64,000 nucleotides of DNA from Candidatus Nomurabacteria bacterium RIFCSPLOWO2_01_FULL_39_18 (GTDB lineage Bacteria; Patescibacteriota; Minisyncoccia; Phycocordibacterales; UBA9973). Both the position numbers and the translations under genes were made by a program. The stretch spans positions 2,764-66,763 of the forward strand of contig MFUV01000005.1 in assembly GCA_001787005.1 (NCBI GenBank). Reading direction: 5' to 3'. The notes below the pieces were generated by a model. That model was not told where the DNA came from. It ran no database searches and saw only the letters and a program-made list of their open reading frames with translations. Shown here piece after piece: positions 18,711 through 27,869 of the stretch (the stretch's first letter is position 1; each line of letters starts with the position of its first letter).

Positions 18711-19697
18711 ATGGATAAAGAAGAATTACAACAGAAAATAGCATTGTACTACTCAAAGCTTCCACCAAAAGCGCAAGCGGTTTTTTCCAGTATGAAATGG
18801 CTTGAGACTATAAAGAGCATAAGTGAAAAGTACGGCTTAAATGACAAACAGAAAGAGATACTCGGCACGGAAACAACTTTGGTGCTTTTGGGCATAATCG
18901 ATATAATCAAGTATGAAGAAATATTGATAGAAGAACTAGCATTATCGAAAGAGTCTGTAGATAAGATGCTTTCAGAAATAAACGATCTAATTATAAATAA
19001 TATACGACCCGAACTCATTGATGCATTCAACGCAAATAAAAATTCTCTAGAAAAAGAAAACCCAGAAATTGAACCAGTCTTAGACACACGTTTTGGGAAA
19101 TTATCACCGGATTTGGAAAAGATAATTGACGAATCCAATTATCAAGACATTCTCTATGGTATTGGCAAAGAGAAAAATTTCAGCGTTACGAAGATGGGAG
19201 CGCTTGAAAGAGCAACCACTGATCTAATAATGGGTACTATTCATCCAGATGAATTCGAGAATGTGCTAGAGAATAATTTAGAATTACCGCTAGAAAAAGT
19301 CAGAGAACTAGTAAATATTATCAACGAAAGAATTTTCAAAAAAATACGGGAAGAATTGATAAAGAATGTTGAGAGAAAAAAGATATTCGCGAACAAAAAA
19401 GCTGAAGAAAAACAGGATACGCAAGTATTGGGCGCCCACGGCATCGAGATTGTCGAGAATCCCCCCCTCCTTATCAAGGAGGGGGCGGGGGGTGGTAATT
19501 CAGAAGAGAACCACCCCGCCTCTGGCACCCCTCCTCAACAAGGAGGGGAAGAAACGCATCCCATATTAGCGCAAAAGTTATCCGGCCCTTATCAGGCTCC
19601 AGTAGTCAAGACGGACCACTCCTTGCAAAATCTTCAGCCTTCTTCTGAACAACAAAATAAGCCTGTAATTGATCCTTACCGCGAAATTCCGGAGTAG
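18711..19697 (+). CDS. Conserved hypothetical helical protein with duplicated domain
   Basis: Two helical repeats; C-terminal DPYREIPE; GC-rich insert at 19461-19549. Confidence 0.75.
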   Translation: MDKEELQQKIALYYSKLPPKAQAVFSSMKWLETIKSISEKYGLNDKQKEILGTETTLVLLGIIDIIKYEEILIEELALSKESVDKMLSEINDLIINNIRPELIDAFNANKNSLEKENPEIEPVLDTRFGKLSPDLEKIIDESNYQDILYGIGKEKNFSVTKMGALERATTDLIMGTIHPDEFENVLENNLELPLEKVRELVNIINERIFKKIREELIKNVERKKIFANKKAEEKQDTQVLGAHGIEIVENPPLLIKEGAGGGNSEENHPASGTPPQQGGEETHPILAQKLSGPYQAPVVKTDHSLQNLQPSSEQQNKPVIDPYREIPE

Positions 19698-19702
19698 AAT
19701 CA

Positions 19703-19831
19703 TGCATCCCGTTAGAGATTAATTAGTTAAAAGTAATAAAAAAGTAAAAATATTATGATAAGTTTAAATAAATTATTAATGGTTATTAAAAGAACGGAAG
19801 TCTAGAGACTTCCTATCTCTAACGGGATGCA
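19703..19831. repeat. MITE-like element CCCGTTAGA...TCTAACGGG abutting the prgI start codon
   Basis: 17-bp IR tgcatcccgttagagat/atctctaacgggatgca with AT-rich interior. Confidence 0.85.
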
Positions 19832-20258
19832 ATTCAAAGTTCCACAATTTTTAGATATAGAAGACAAAATTTTTGGCCCCTTTACTTTTAAGGAATTTAT
19901 TTACTTAGCAGGTGGAGCCGGTCTTTGTTTTGTGCTTTATAAACTGCTGGGTTTCTTCCTAGGCATTATCCCAATGCTTGCGATAGCTGGGCTCTCCTTA
20001 GCGCTTACTTTCTATCGACCAAACAATAAACCTTTCAGCAACATGATCGAAGCAGGATTCAACTATTTTACACAAGATAAACTTTATATTTGGAAGAGAC
20101 GTAAAAATAAAATCGACAAAAACAAGCCAGAAACGAATGGAGTGGAAGAAAGAGAAAGAGAAATGTTGGAAAATGCGGTGAGGCTGGGTAGAAATAAATT
20201 ACGGGATTTGGCTTGGAGTTTGGATGTGCTTGATTTAAGTAAACATCAAGGAAATTAA
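19827..20258 (+). CDS. PrgI family (VirB3-like) membrane protein
   Basis: MQFKVPQFLDIEDKIFGPFTFKEF, two TMs. Confidence 0.88.
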   Translation: MQFKVPQFLDIEDKIFGPFTFKEFIYLAGGAGLCFVLYKLLGFFLGIIPMLAIAGLSLALTFYRPNNKPFSNMIEAGFNYFTQDKLYIWKRRKNKIDKNKPETNGVEEREREMLENAVRLGRNKLRDLAWSLDVLDLSKHQGN

Positions 20259-20273
20259 CAATTAAAAATATGG

Positions 20274-20395
20274 TCCCGTTAGAAGTCGCGGTCGCAGTTT
20301 AAAAAATATAAATATGTTAATCAAAAAAATGAAAATTAATAGTATAATAAAGCTAAATTGCGATGAATTGACCGCGACCTGCTTCTAACGGGATG
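20274..20395. repeat. MITE-like CCCGTTAGA...TCTAACGGG element abutting the next start codon
   Basis: tcccgttagaag-tcgcggtc ... gaccgcga-cttctaacgggATG. Confidence 0.85.
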
Positions 20396-21040
20396 GCATT
20401 AAAAGCAAAAGCAACTCAAGAGTTCGTACCGATAAAAGAAGTCCGCGATGGAGTGATCGTGCTCAAAGACGGCGGACTGCGAGCTATCATACTTGCTAAT
20501 TCAGTTAATTTATCCCTGAAGTCTGATGACGAACAGAAAGCAACAATAATTCAATTCCAAAGTTTTTTGAATACCCTCGACTTCGCTATTCAGATATCAG
20601 TGCAGTCCAGAAGGTTGGATATCAGGCCCTATCTTTTGCTTCTAGAAGACAGGATGAAAGTTCAAACTGAATCTTTGCTTAAACTGCAGACAAGAGAATA
20701 TATTGAATTCATTAGAAACTTCACCGAATCAGTAAGTATAATGACCAAAAGTTTCTTCGTGATAATACCCTACACTCACACAGTTTTAAAATCAGACTCC
20801 GGAATTTTCGGCGGAATATCAAAAATATTCAACAGAAAAAACAAAGAAGAGGTGAAAATAGCGAAACAAGAAGACTTTGAGGAAAAGAGGTCCCAGCTAG
20901 AAGAGCGGGTGGGGGTGATTAAACAAGGGCTTAATCGCTGTGGCATAAAGTCTGCCGAGCTCGGCACGGAAGAAATCGTGGAAGTATTTTATAAAGTTTT
21001 TAACCCCGGAGAAGTAGAGGGGAAAATTAAGCTGGAATAA
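20393..21040 (+). CDS. VirB4/TraC N-terminal-like protein
   Basis: TQEFVPIKEVRDGV...NLSLKSDDEQ...FLNTLDF; lies between PrgI and VirB4. Confidence 0.75.
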   Translation: MALKAKATQEFVPIKEVRDGVIVLKDGGLRAIILANSVNLSLKSDDEQKATIIQFQSFLNTLDFAIQISVQSRRLDIRPYLLLLEDRMKVQTESLLKLQTREYIEFIRNFTESVSIMTKSFFVIIPYTHTVLKSDSGIFGGISKIFNRKNKEEVKIAKQEDFEEKRSQLEERVGVIKQGLNRCGIKSAELGTEEIVEVFYKVFNPGEVEGKIKLE

Positions 21041-21047
21041 AAATATT

Positions 21048-22901
21048 ATGGGAATTTTTGATAAATTATTAAATAGGAAAAAAGATAGCTCAGCTTTGAG
21101 TAATACAAATGCTTCACTCTTGGCTGTGCTTCCAGAAGAAATATATGAAGCGGCCAATCTGGAGCTTCAGGATATCATCGCGCCATCAGCGTTAAAGATT
21201 GAATCAAAGTCAATAAACTTGGGCGATAAAATCGCTCGTACTTTTTTCATAATATCTTACCCGAGGTTTTTGACCGACAATTGGTTTTCTCCAATAATCA
21301 ACCTAGATAAAGTTTTTGATATTTCAATTTTCATTCATCCGATAGACACATCATTGATGTTACGACAATTCCAGAAAAAGGTCGCTGAAGTGCAAAGCCA
21401 GATAAATGTGCGCGAGTCAAAAGGCATGGTGCGCGACCCAATGCTCGACACCGCCTATCAAGACCTAGAAGGGCTCCGTGATAATCTGATACAAGCGCAG
21501 GAAAAGATGTTTGATGTGGGTATCTACATTACAATTTACGCCGACAATGATCTGGAGCTTTTCAAAATTGAAAATGAGATAAAATCAATCCTCGAATCAA
21601 GATTGATCTATATCAAACCAGCGCTCTTCCAGCAAGAAGAAGGTTTCAAAAGCGTTATCCCGACAAATACTGATCTTTTAAATATTCATCAAAAATTAAA
21701 TTCGGAGCCACTCTCAAGTATTTTTCCTTTTATTTCTTTTGACCTGACTTCCGACAGAGGCATTCTCTACGGCATTAACAGGCACAACTCAAGTTTAGTC
21801 ATTTTTGATCGTTTTTCGCTGGAGAATTACAACTCAGTGACCTTCGCCAAATCCGGTTCAGGAAAATCTTATGCCACAAAGCTGGAAATTCTGAGATCCC
21901 TGATGTTTGACATTGAGGTTATGGTGATAGACCCAGAGCGAGAATACGAATTCCTAGCTGAAGCGGTTGGCGGAAGATATTTTAATATTTCTCTTTCTTC
22001 AGACCACCATATGAACCCTTTTGATCTACCCATGCCACGAGAAGATGAGACAGCCGAAGATGTTTTGCGCAGTAATATTATTAATTTAGTCGGACTTTTC
22101 CGATTAATGTTGGGCGGACTGACGCCAGAAGAAGATTCAATGGTTGATCGAGCTATTTCAGAAACTTACGCGATAAAAGATATCACCCCAGAAGCGGATT
22201 TCTCAAATATCGAGCCCCCGCTTCTTTCGGACTTCGAAATGGTTCTGGGCGGGATGGACGGCAGTGATTCGCTCGTGGCTCGCTTGGCAAAATACACCAA
22301 GGGTTCATGGGCAACATTTTTAAACAGACCTTCGAACGTGGACATTGATAAAAAATTTGTCGTATTTTCTATTCGTGATATGGAAGACGAACTGAAGCCT
22401 GTGGCAATGTATATCGTCATGCATTATATCTGGAACTCAATCCGTAAAAATTTAAAGAAGCGTCTGCTCGTGGTGGATGAAGCCTGGTGGATGATGAAGT
22501 CCGAAGATACCGCGTCATTTCTCTATTCCATCGCCAAACGGGGCAGAAAATATTATCTTGGGCTCGCAACCATTACTCAAGATGCGGCAGATTTCATGAA
22601 ATCTTCCTACGGCGTGCCAATCATTACCAACTCTTCTATCCAGCTTCTCTTGAAACAATCTCCCACTACGATGGATATTTTACAGCAAACATTCAACCTT
22701 ACTGATGAGGAAAAATATTTGCTTCTAGAGTCTGGGGTGGGAGAGGGAATATTTTTCGCGGGGCTGAAGCATGTCGCTATAAAAATTATTTCTTCTTATA
22801 CAGAAGATCAGATTATCACTTCTGATCCTTCACAAATATTATCAAATAGAAAAGCCAAAGAAGAGCATGAGGCCCTGGAGCTGGCGGGAGACAAATTATA
22901 A
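21048..22901 (+). CDS. virB4: VirB4-like T4SS ATPase
   Basis: Walker A AKSGSGKS, IDPEREY, Walker B LVVDEAW, KRGRKY, TQD. Confidence 0.9.
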   Translation: MGIFDKLLNRKKDSSALSNTNASLLAVLPEEIYEAANLELQDIIAPSALKIESKSINLGDKIARTFFIISYPRFLTDNWFSPIINLDKVFDISIFIHPIDTSLMLRQFQKKVAEVQSQINVRESKGMVRDPMLDTAYQDLEGLRDNLIQAQEKMFDVGIYITIYADNDLELFKIENEIKSILESRLIYIKPALFQQEEGFKSVIPTNTDLLNIHQKLNSEPLSSIFPFISFDLTSDRGILYGINRHNSSLVIFDRFSLENYNSVTFAKSGSGKSYATKLEILRSLMFDIEVMVIDPEREYEFLAEAVGGRYFNISLSSDHHMNPFDLPMPREDETAEDVLRSNIINLVGLFRLMLGGLTPEEDSMVDRAISETYAIKDITPEADFSNIEPPLLSDFEMVLGGMDGSDSLVARLAKYTKGSWATFLNRPSNVDIDKKFVVFSIRDMEDELKPVAMYIVMHYIWNSIRKNLKKRLLVVDEAWWMMKSEDTASFLYSIAKRGRKYYLGLATITQDAADFMKSSYGVPIITNSSIQLLLKQSPTTMDILQQTFNLTDEEKYLLLESGVGEGIFFAGLKHVAIKIISSYTEDQIITSDPSQILSNRKAKEEHEALELAGDKL

Positions 22902-22928
22902 AGCAAGGATAAATGGTATAATCGAATT

Positions 22929-23918
22929 ATGAAATTAAAATTTTTATTACTATCTTTGATCACTATGCTTGTAATATTTATGGTGATTTCTGCGTCGGGG
23001 GTAAATGCCGCCTCATCTAGTAGCATTTCGGTTGATATGATACCTTCTAGCCCGGCTCCAGGCGAGAATGTAAGCATTACTTTGAGCAGTTACGCCAATA
23101 ATCTAGATAGTGTTTTAATAACCTGGTCTCTTGATGGAAGAACCGTTTCATCTGGGATTGGCAAAAAATCATTTTCTCTGACGGCTCCAGGCGCTGGCTC
23201 TGAAGTTGTCGTTACAGCCATTATCTCCCTGCCAGAAGGTAGTGTGGAGAAAAGAATGATAATAAGATCAAGCCTAATGGTGCTACTCTGGCAGGCGAAT
23301 GATTCTTATGTCCCGCCTTTTTATAAAGGCAAGGCAATGCCCTCCGTAGGTAGTGAGATAAAAGTGGTAGCCATGCCAGAAATAAAAGTTGGTTCGGACG
23401 GGACGGTTAACCCCAAAAGCATGACCTATTCTTGGAAAGAAGATGACACCAACAACGTAGAGGGTTCGGGTTATGGCAAAAATTCTTTTGTTTTTATAAA
23501 TGATTATTTAGAGGATTCTAACAATATAGGAGTAACGGCATCGACCATAGACCAGACATATTCATCTGAAGCCAGCATAAATGTGGGAATAGTAGAACCG
23601 AAAATATTATTTTATAAATATGATAATAGCCTCGGGATATTATGGGAGAAAATACTCCCTGACTTCCACAGAATACAAGATACAGAGATAGTGGAAGCGA
23701 CGCCTTACTTTATTTCACCGAAAGATATCCGAAATCCAACATTGATATGGAGTTGGTTTATTAATGACACGCAAATAAATACTCCAATTTTTAGGAAAAA
23801 TGTAATGCCTCTCCGGGTAGAGAGTGGAACTTCCGGGATATCACGACTGCGACTTCGAATTGAGAATCAATACAAAATTTTCCAGACAACAGATGGGGAA
23901 ATAGATTTAGAATTTTGA
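22929..23918 (+). CDS. Secreted Ig-like/beta-rich protein
   Basis: Signal peptide; PSSPAPGENVSITL, WQANDSYVPPFYKGK. Confidence 0.7.
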   Translation: MKLKFLLLSLITMLVIFMVISASGVNAASSSSISVDMIPSSPAPGENVSITLSSYANNLDSVLITWSLDGRTVSSGIGKKSFSLTAPGAGSEVVVTAIISLPEGSVEKRMIIRSSLMVLLWQANDSYVPPFYKGKAMPSVGSEIKVVAMPEIKVGSDGTVNPKSMTYSWKEDDTNNVEGSGYGKNSFVFINDYLEDSNNIGVTASTIDQTYSSEASINVGIVEPKILFYKYDNSLGILWEKILPDFHRIQDTEIVEATPYFISPKDIRNPTLIWSWFINDTQINTPIFRKNVMPLRVESGTSGISRLRLRIENQYKIFQTTDGEIDLEF

Positions 23919-23955
23919 GTGAAATTTAATGAGTGAAATGAATATAAATTTCCTC

Positions 23956-24060
23956 ATCCCGTACTAAATTTTAGATTAAATGATATTAAAATAAAAATGA
24001 TTATAAAAGATGAAAATAAATTAAGATTGAGAACTACAAGTAAAATTTTAGTACTGGGAT
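23956..24060. repeat. CCCGTACTAAA...TTTAGTA(C/T)NGGG element overlapping the pilin gene start
   Basis: atcccgtactaaatttta ... taaaattttagtactgggat. Confidence 0.75.
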
Positions 24061-25049
24061 TTATTTTTATACTCATAGGATTTTTTAGTCCGAGTCTAGA
24101 TGTAAACGCTGTGGAACAATACGGAACTTGTAATTGGGTTGAAGCTGAACAGAAAAGGAAGGAAGAAAATTATCTACAAGCAAATTGTTTAGCAAAGGGC
24201 AATACCGCAACTTGGGTAGGTTACTACTATCCCTTGGCTCCATTGCCTGGCTTGGGGAACAGGGAAGATGGAGGAATTGACACCGCGCAAATAGACAGCA
24301 CCGGAAAAAGCATTGCCTTGGGTGCATACCTAAACACAATGATAAAAATAATCATCGGAATTGCCGCAATTTTGTCTGTGGTTATGATTGTGATAGGGGG
24401 GATAGAATACATGACCTCTGAATTAATATCTAGTAAGGAAGCGGGTAAAGAAACAATAAAGAACGCGCTCTTCGGACTTCTGGTAGCTCTTGGCGCTTAT
24501 GCGCTTTTGAATACAATAAATCCGGACTTGCTGAAATCCGACCTAGACGTCCCAGGTGTGACTGTCACAGTAGATCTTGAAGCTGATGTCCCACAGACTT
24601 ATGACCCAGCAACCAGAAAATATGCCAATGGAGCTCTCTTTAACGCGCCATGGAATGACACAGTTGGGGGAATTACCCCAGCATGTACAACAGAAACTGG
24701 TACAGGATGTTTGCCAAGATCAGTTACTGCAAAACAACCAGAATGTTCTACTATTGGTCAACAAAATTGCACTTCAACAAGAGGTCTAAATACTAGTAAT
24801 TTGAGAACAATACAATATGGTTGTGGATGTAACGTATTAATCACTGGTGGAACAGAATGGTGGCTACACGGCGGGCGAAGTGGAAGTACGACCCATCAGT
24901 CTGGAAGTACGACCGTCGACCTTAGAACAACACCTGAATTGACTAGATATCTAATGGGTGGGACAACAGCTCCGGTCGCAGGACGAAGATACCCAACACC
25001 AGTTGGATCGGCATTGTTTGAAGGAAATCATTGGCACATTGGTCCATAA
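23997..25049 (+). CDS. VirB2/TrbC-like T4SS pilin fused to a putative Zn peptidase (M15-like) domain
   Basis: IIIGIAAILSVVMIVIGGIEYMTS...KETIKNALFGLLVALGAYALLNTINPDL pilin core; C-terminal H..H..D and HWH. Confidence 0.75.
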   Translation: MIIKDENKLRLRTTSKILVLGFIFILIGFFSPSLDVNAVEQYGTCNWVEAEQKRKEENYLQANCLAKGNTATWVGYYYPLAPLPGLGNREDGGIDTAQIDSTGKSIALGAYLNTMIKIIIGIAAILSVVMIVIGGIEYMTSELISSKEAGKETIKNALFGLLVALGAYALLNTINPDLLKSDLDVPGVTVTVDLEADVPQTYDPATRKYANGALFNAPWNDTVGGITPACTTETGTGCLPRSVTAKQPECSTIGQQNCTSTRGLNTSNLRTIQYGCGCNVLITGGTEWWLHGGRSGSTTHQSGSTTVDLRTTPELTRYLMGGTTAPVAGRRYPTPVGSALFEGNHWHIGP

Positions 25050-25063
25050 AATAATTTTACTTG

Positions 25064-25133
25064 TCCCGTACTAAATTTTTGATTACGGGGTATAATGATA
25101 AAAATTAATAAATAAAATTTTAGTATCGGGATG
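25064..25133. repeat. CCCGTACTAAA element ending in GGG-ATG (start of next gene)
   Basis: 28 bp (25058-25085) identical to 46838-46865; right end ttttagtatcgggATG. Confidence 0.85.
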
Positions 25134-26495
25134 TCAAAAAGAAACTTCACACTTTTAATAATAATTTTAATTCTAGGAACAGTCGGGTTTTTTGTATTTC
25201 TATATTCTCGTGGAGAGACACCTAGAGGAGAGGGAGGCGAGGGCACTAATTTCATCGCAAGGTTTAATCCATTCAGCAACAAAAAACCAGCGCCGGAAGA
25301 CACAGGGCCCACAGAGGATACCTCTTCACCTATAGAAGATCCTGAAGAAAAAATGCTGGAAGTAGAACTAAAAAAAGTTTCAAGTATGGAAATCGCTGGG
25401 TTTGGAGTATTTACGAAAGAAAGATTGAAAGAGATGAACCCCTCTCCAGCCCTCCCCTTGTCAGGGGAGGAAGAGAATCCTGCCCCCCCTGCTAAGGGGG
25501 GTTCGGGGAGTCTGAAACCCACACCGCCACCGACTGAATTTGCAACAGCAGTAAGATATGTGGCGAGAGCTACTGGGAACATTTATCAGACTTTCGCAGA
25601 CAAAATAATTGAGCGAAAGTTTTCTGGAACATTAATACCTAAAGTATACGAAGCGCATTTCGGCAATCATGGGGGATCTGTGGTGATGCGATACTTAAAG
25701 GGGGATGAAAAGACCATAGAAACTTTTTTCAGTGTCCTCCCGAAAGAATATTTGGGCGGTGATGCAACGGAAAACAATGAGATAAAAGGATCATTCTTAC
25801 CTAATAACATAAAAGATATAAGCCTTTCATCTGATACTTCTAAAATATTCTACCTTTTTGAGAGTGAAAGTAATTTAGGAGAAAGCATCATAGGCACAAC
25901 CTTGAGCTTGTTGGACAATAAAAAGGTTCAGATATTTGATTCTCCTTTTACGGAATGGCTGTCATCCTGGCCAAATAATAAAATTATCACCCTTTCCACT
26001 AAGCCTTCTGCGAACACTCCAGGATACATGTACAGCATTGATGGAGTTGGTAAAAACTTAACTAAAATCTTGGGTGATATAAATGGATTAACTACGCTCA
26101 CAAGTCCGGACGGAAAGTTGGTTCTTTACAGTGATAATAATCTAACTTCATATATTTACCATACGGATACTAAAAGTTCGGATTTATTGGGGATAAAAAC
26201 TCTGCCAGAAAAATGTGTCTGGGGGGGCGGGAGTGATATTTTTTACTGCGCTGTACCGAAATTAATTGGCGCTAGCCAATATCCAGATACTTGGTACCAG
26301 GGAGAAGAGTCATTTTCTGACCAAATTTGGAAAATAGATGTTGAAACAGGAAATGCCACCATGATCGAAGACCCGATCATGGCTCTGGGGGGAGAGGATG
26401 TTGATGGCATTAAGCTTGCTTTAGACGAAGGAGAGAGTTATCTATTTTTTGTAAACAAAAAAGATTCTTTTTTGTGGGAACTAAAGCTGAAATAA
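25131..26495 (+). CDS. Membrane-anchored beta-propeller (TolB/WD40-like) protein
   Basis: N-terminal TM; SPDGKLVLYS, TLPEKCVW, YCAVP; GC insert at 25437-25510. Confidence 0.7.
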   Translation: MSKRNFTLLIIILILGTVGFFVFLYSRGETPRGEGGEGTNFIARFNPFSNKKPAPEDTGPTEDTSSPIEDPEEKMLEVELKKVSSMEIAGFGVFTKERLKEMNPSPALPLSGEEENPAPPAKGGSGSLKPTPPPTEFATAVRYVARATGNIYQTFADKIIERKFSGTLIPKVYEAHFGNHGGSVVMRYLKGDEKTIETFFSVLPKEYLGGDATENNEIKGSFLPNNIKDISLSSDTSKIFYLFESESNLGESIIGTTLSLLDNKKVQIFDSPFTEWLSSWPNNKIITLSTKPSANTPGYMYSIDGVGKNLTKILGDINGLTTLTSPDGKLVLYSDNNLTSYIYHTDTKSSDLLGIKTLPEKCVWGGGSDIFYCAVPKLIGASQYPDTWYQGEESFSDQIWKIDVETGNATMIEDPIMALGGEDVDGIKLALDEGESYLFFVNKKDSFLWELKLK

Positions 26496-26497
26496 AT

Positions 26498-26578
26498 CAC
26501 CACCCCTGACCCCTCCTCGAAAAGGAGGGGAGGTCCCCTCTCCCCCTGCGAAGGGGGAGAGCTTGAAAGGCGAGGGGG
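26498..26578. repeat. CCCCTCC/GGAGGGG double-hairpin repeat between convergent genes
   Basis: cccctcct-cgaaa-aggagggg and ctctccccct-gcga-agggggagag. Confidence 0.75.
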
Positions 26579-27073
26579 TTAGATAGCGCCAATGTATTTG
26601 ATCACTACTCGGCGAGACGGTCCGAAACCAACTGATTCAGTTTTTAGATCCGTGGCATCGGACAAAAATTCATGTACCACCCGTCGTTCGAAAGCTGACA
26701 TCGGATCCACTTCTATGTTTGATTTGAAATAGCGCGCTCGCTCCGACATCATATGTGCCACGGCACGAACATTATCAACACGTTTCTTTTGGAAACCATT
26801 AATGTCAATTAGAATTTCTGGCCACATGTCGGACTTGTGGGAATCCCACAAGTCCGACATGTGGTCTCTCTTGGCTTCAATCATTCTGCGAGCAAGATGG
26901 TTTAAGGCATTGAGCGCTTCACCATCGCGAGAGATGAAAAGATGCGGTTCATTTACCTCAACTGAAAACCATGTATTAGTACCATTGTCTTCAGTAATGG
27001 TAATTTTGTTGAGCATCGTTCCAGTTTTCTCAATCAATTCTTTTATTAAATTTTGTATTGTTTCCTTGTCCAT
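26579..27073 (-). CDS. jag: Jag/EloR-like KH-R3H RNA-binding protein
   Basis: PMSAFERRVVH R3H motif; downstream of yidC; palindromic insert at 26822-26864. Confidence 0.88.
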   Translation of the reverse strand: MDKETIQNLIKELIEKTGTMLNKITITEDNGTNTWFSVEVNEPHLFISRDGEALNALNHLARRMIEAKRDHMSDLWDSHKSDMWPEILIDINGFQKKRVDNVRAVAHMMSERARYFKSNIEVDPMSAFERRVVHEFLSDATDLKTESVGFGPSRRVVIKYIGAI

Positions 27074-27077
27074 AAGA

Positions 27078-27815
27078 TTATTTTACTATCATTGTCGTTT
27101 CCTTTTTCTTTCTACTCACATAAATCTGCTGACCTACTGTAAATATATTATTCGTAATCCAGTATAAAGCGATAGCTCCGGAAATAGTGTAAGAAATAAA
27201 AACCACAACAAATGGAAAAATATATTTCATCTGCATGTTCATGCTTTTACTAAAACTCTCCCCGAAAGAAGGGGTGGAAGAAGTAGTGGGAGGAGGAGAG
27301 GGTGGTTTGGGCATGAAGTGGGCCTGTAAGTATTGAGATACACCGGCTAAAATTGCCAAAACAAAACTCTTTTGACTTATATCAAGAACTCCCAAGAAAA
27401 GCATGTTGATCTTTTCTGGGACATGAACGAAGGAATAAAGCAACCCTCCTTGGAAATCTATCCCTTTCAAAAAAACATAGTACAGCGCGAAAATGATTGG
27501 AATTTGAATCAAAACCAAAAGACACCCGGAAAATGGATTAGTTTTGTGTTGCTTGTAAAGTTCGAAGGTCCTCCGTGCTTGTTCTTCTTTAGAGACCCCG
27601 CTACTTTTTATCTTATTTAATTCTGGGGCAAGCACATTCATGGCGGCCTGGCTTTCGATAGATTTCTGCGAAAGAGGGAAAAGGATAATTTTGACAATAA
27701 TAGTCAGAATAATGACAGCGATACCCACATCTCCTCCGGGGACAATAGAGACTAAAAAAGCCAGAGCATTCAATAATGGCTTATATAAAAGAAAATTCCA
27801 TAAATTTGAGAGCAT
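27078..27815 (-). CDS. yidC: Membrane protein insertase YidC
   Basis: NPFSGCLLVLIQIPI, LYWITNN; operon context. Confidence 0.93.
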   Translation of the reverse strand: MLSNLWNFLLYKPLLNALAFLVSIVPGGDVGIAVIILTIIVKIILFPLSQKSIESQAAMNVLAPELNKIKSSGVSKEEQARRTFELYKQHKTNPFSGCLLVLIQIPIIFALYYVFLKGIDFQGGLLYSFVHVPEKINMLFLGVLDISQKSFVLAILAGVSQYLQAHFMPKPPSPPPTTSSTPSFGESFSKSMNMQMKYIFPFVVVFISYTISGAIALYWITNNIFTVGQQIYVSRKKKETTMIVK

Positions 27816-27869
27816 TGTTTCATTCTATACGAAAAGAGCTGAAAATCAAAATTTTGCTATAATTAAGAT

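Noticed and set aside
11855-26495. Integrative conjugative element or prophage
   Set aside because: No integrase, relaxase, att repeats or phage structural genes seen; flanked by housekeeping genes.
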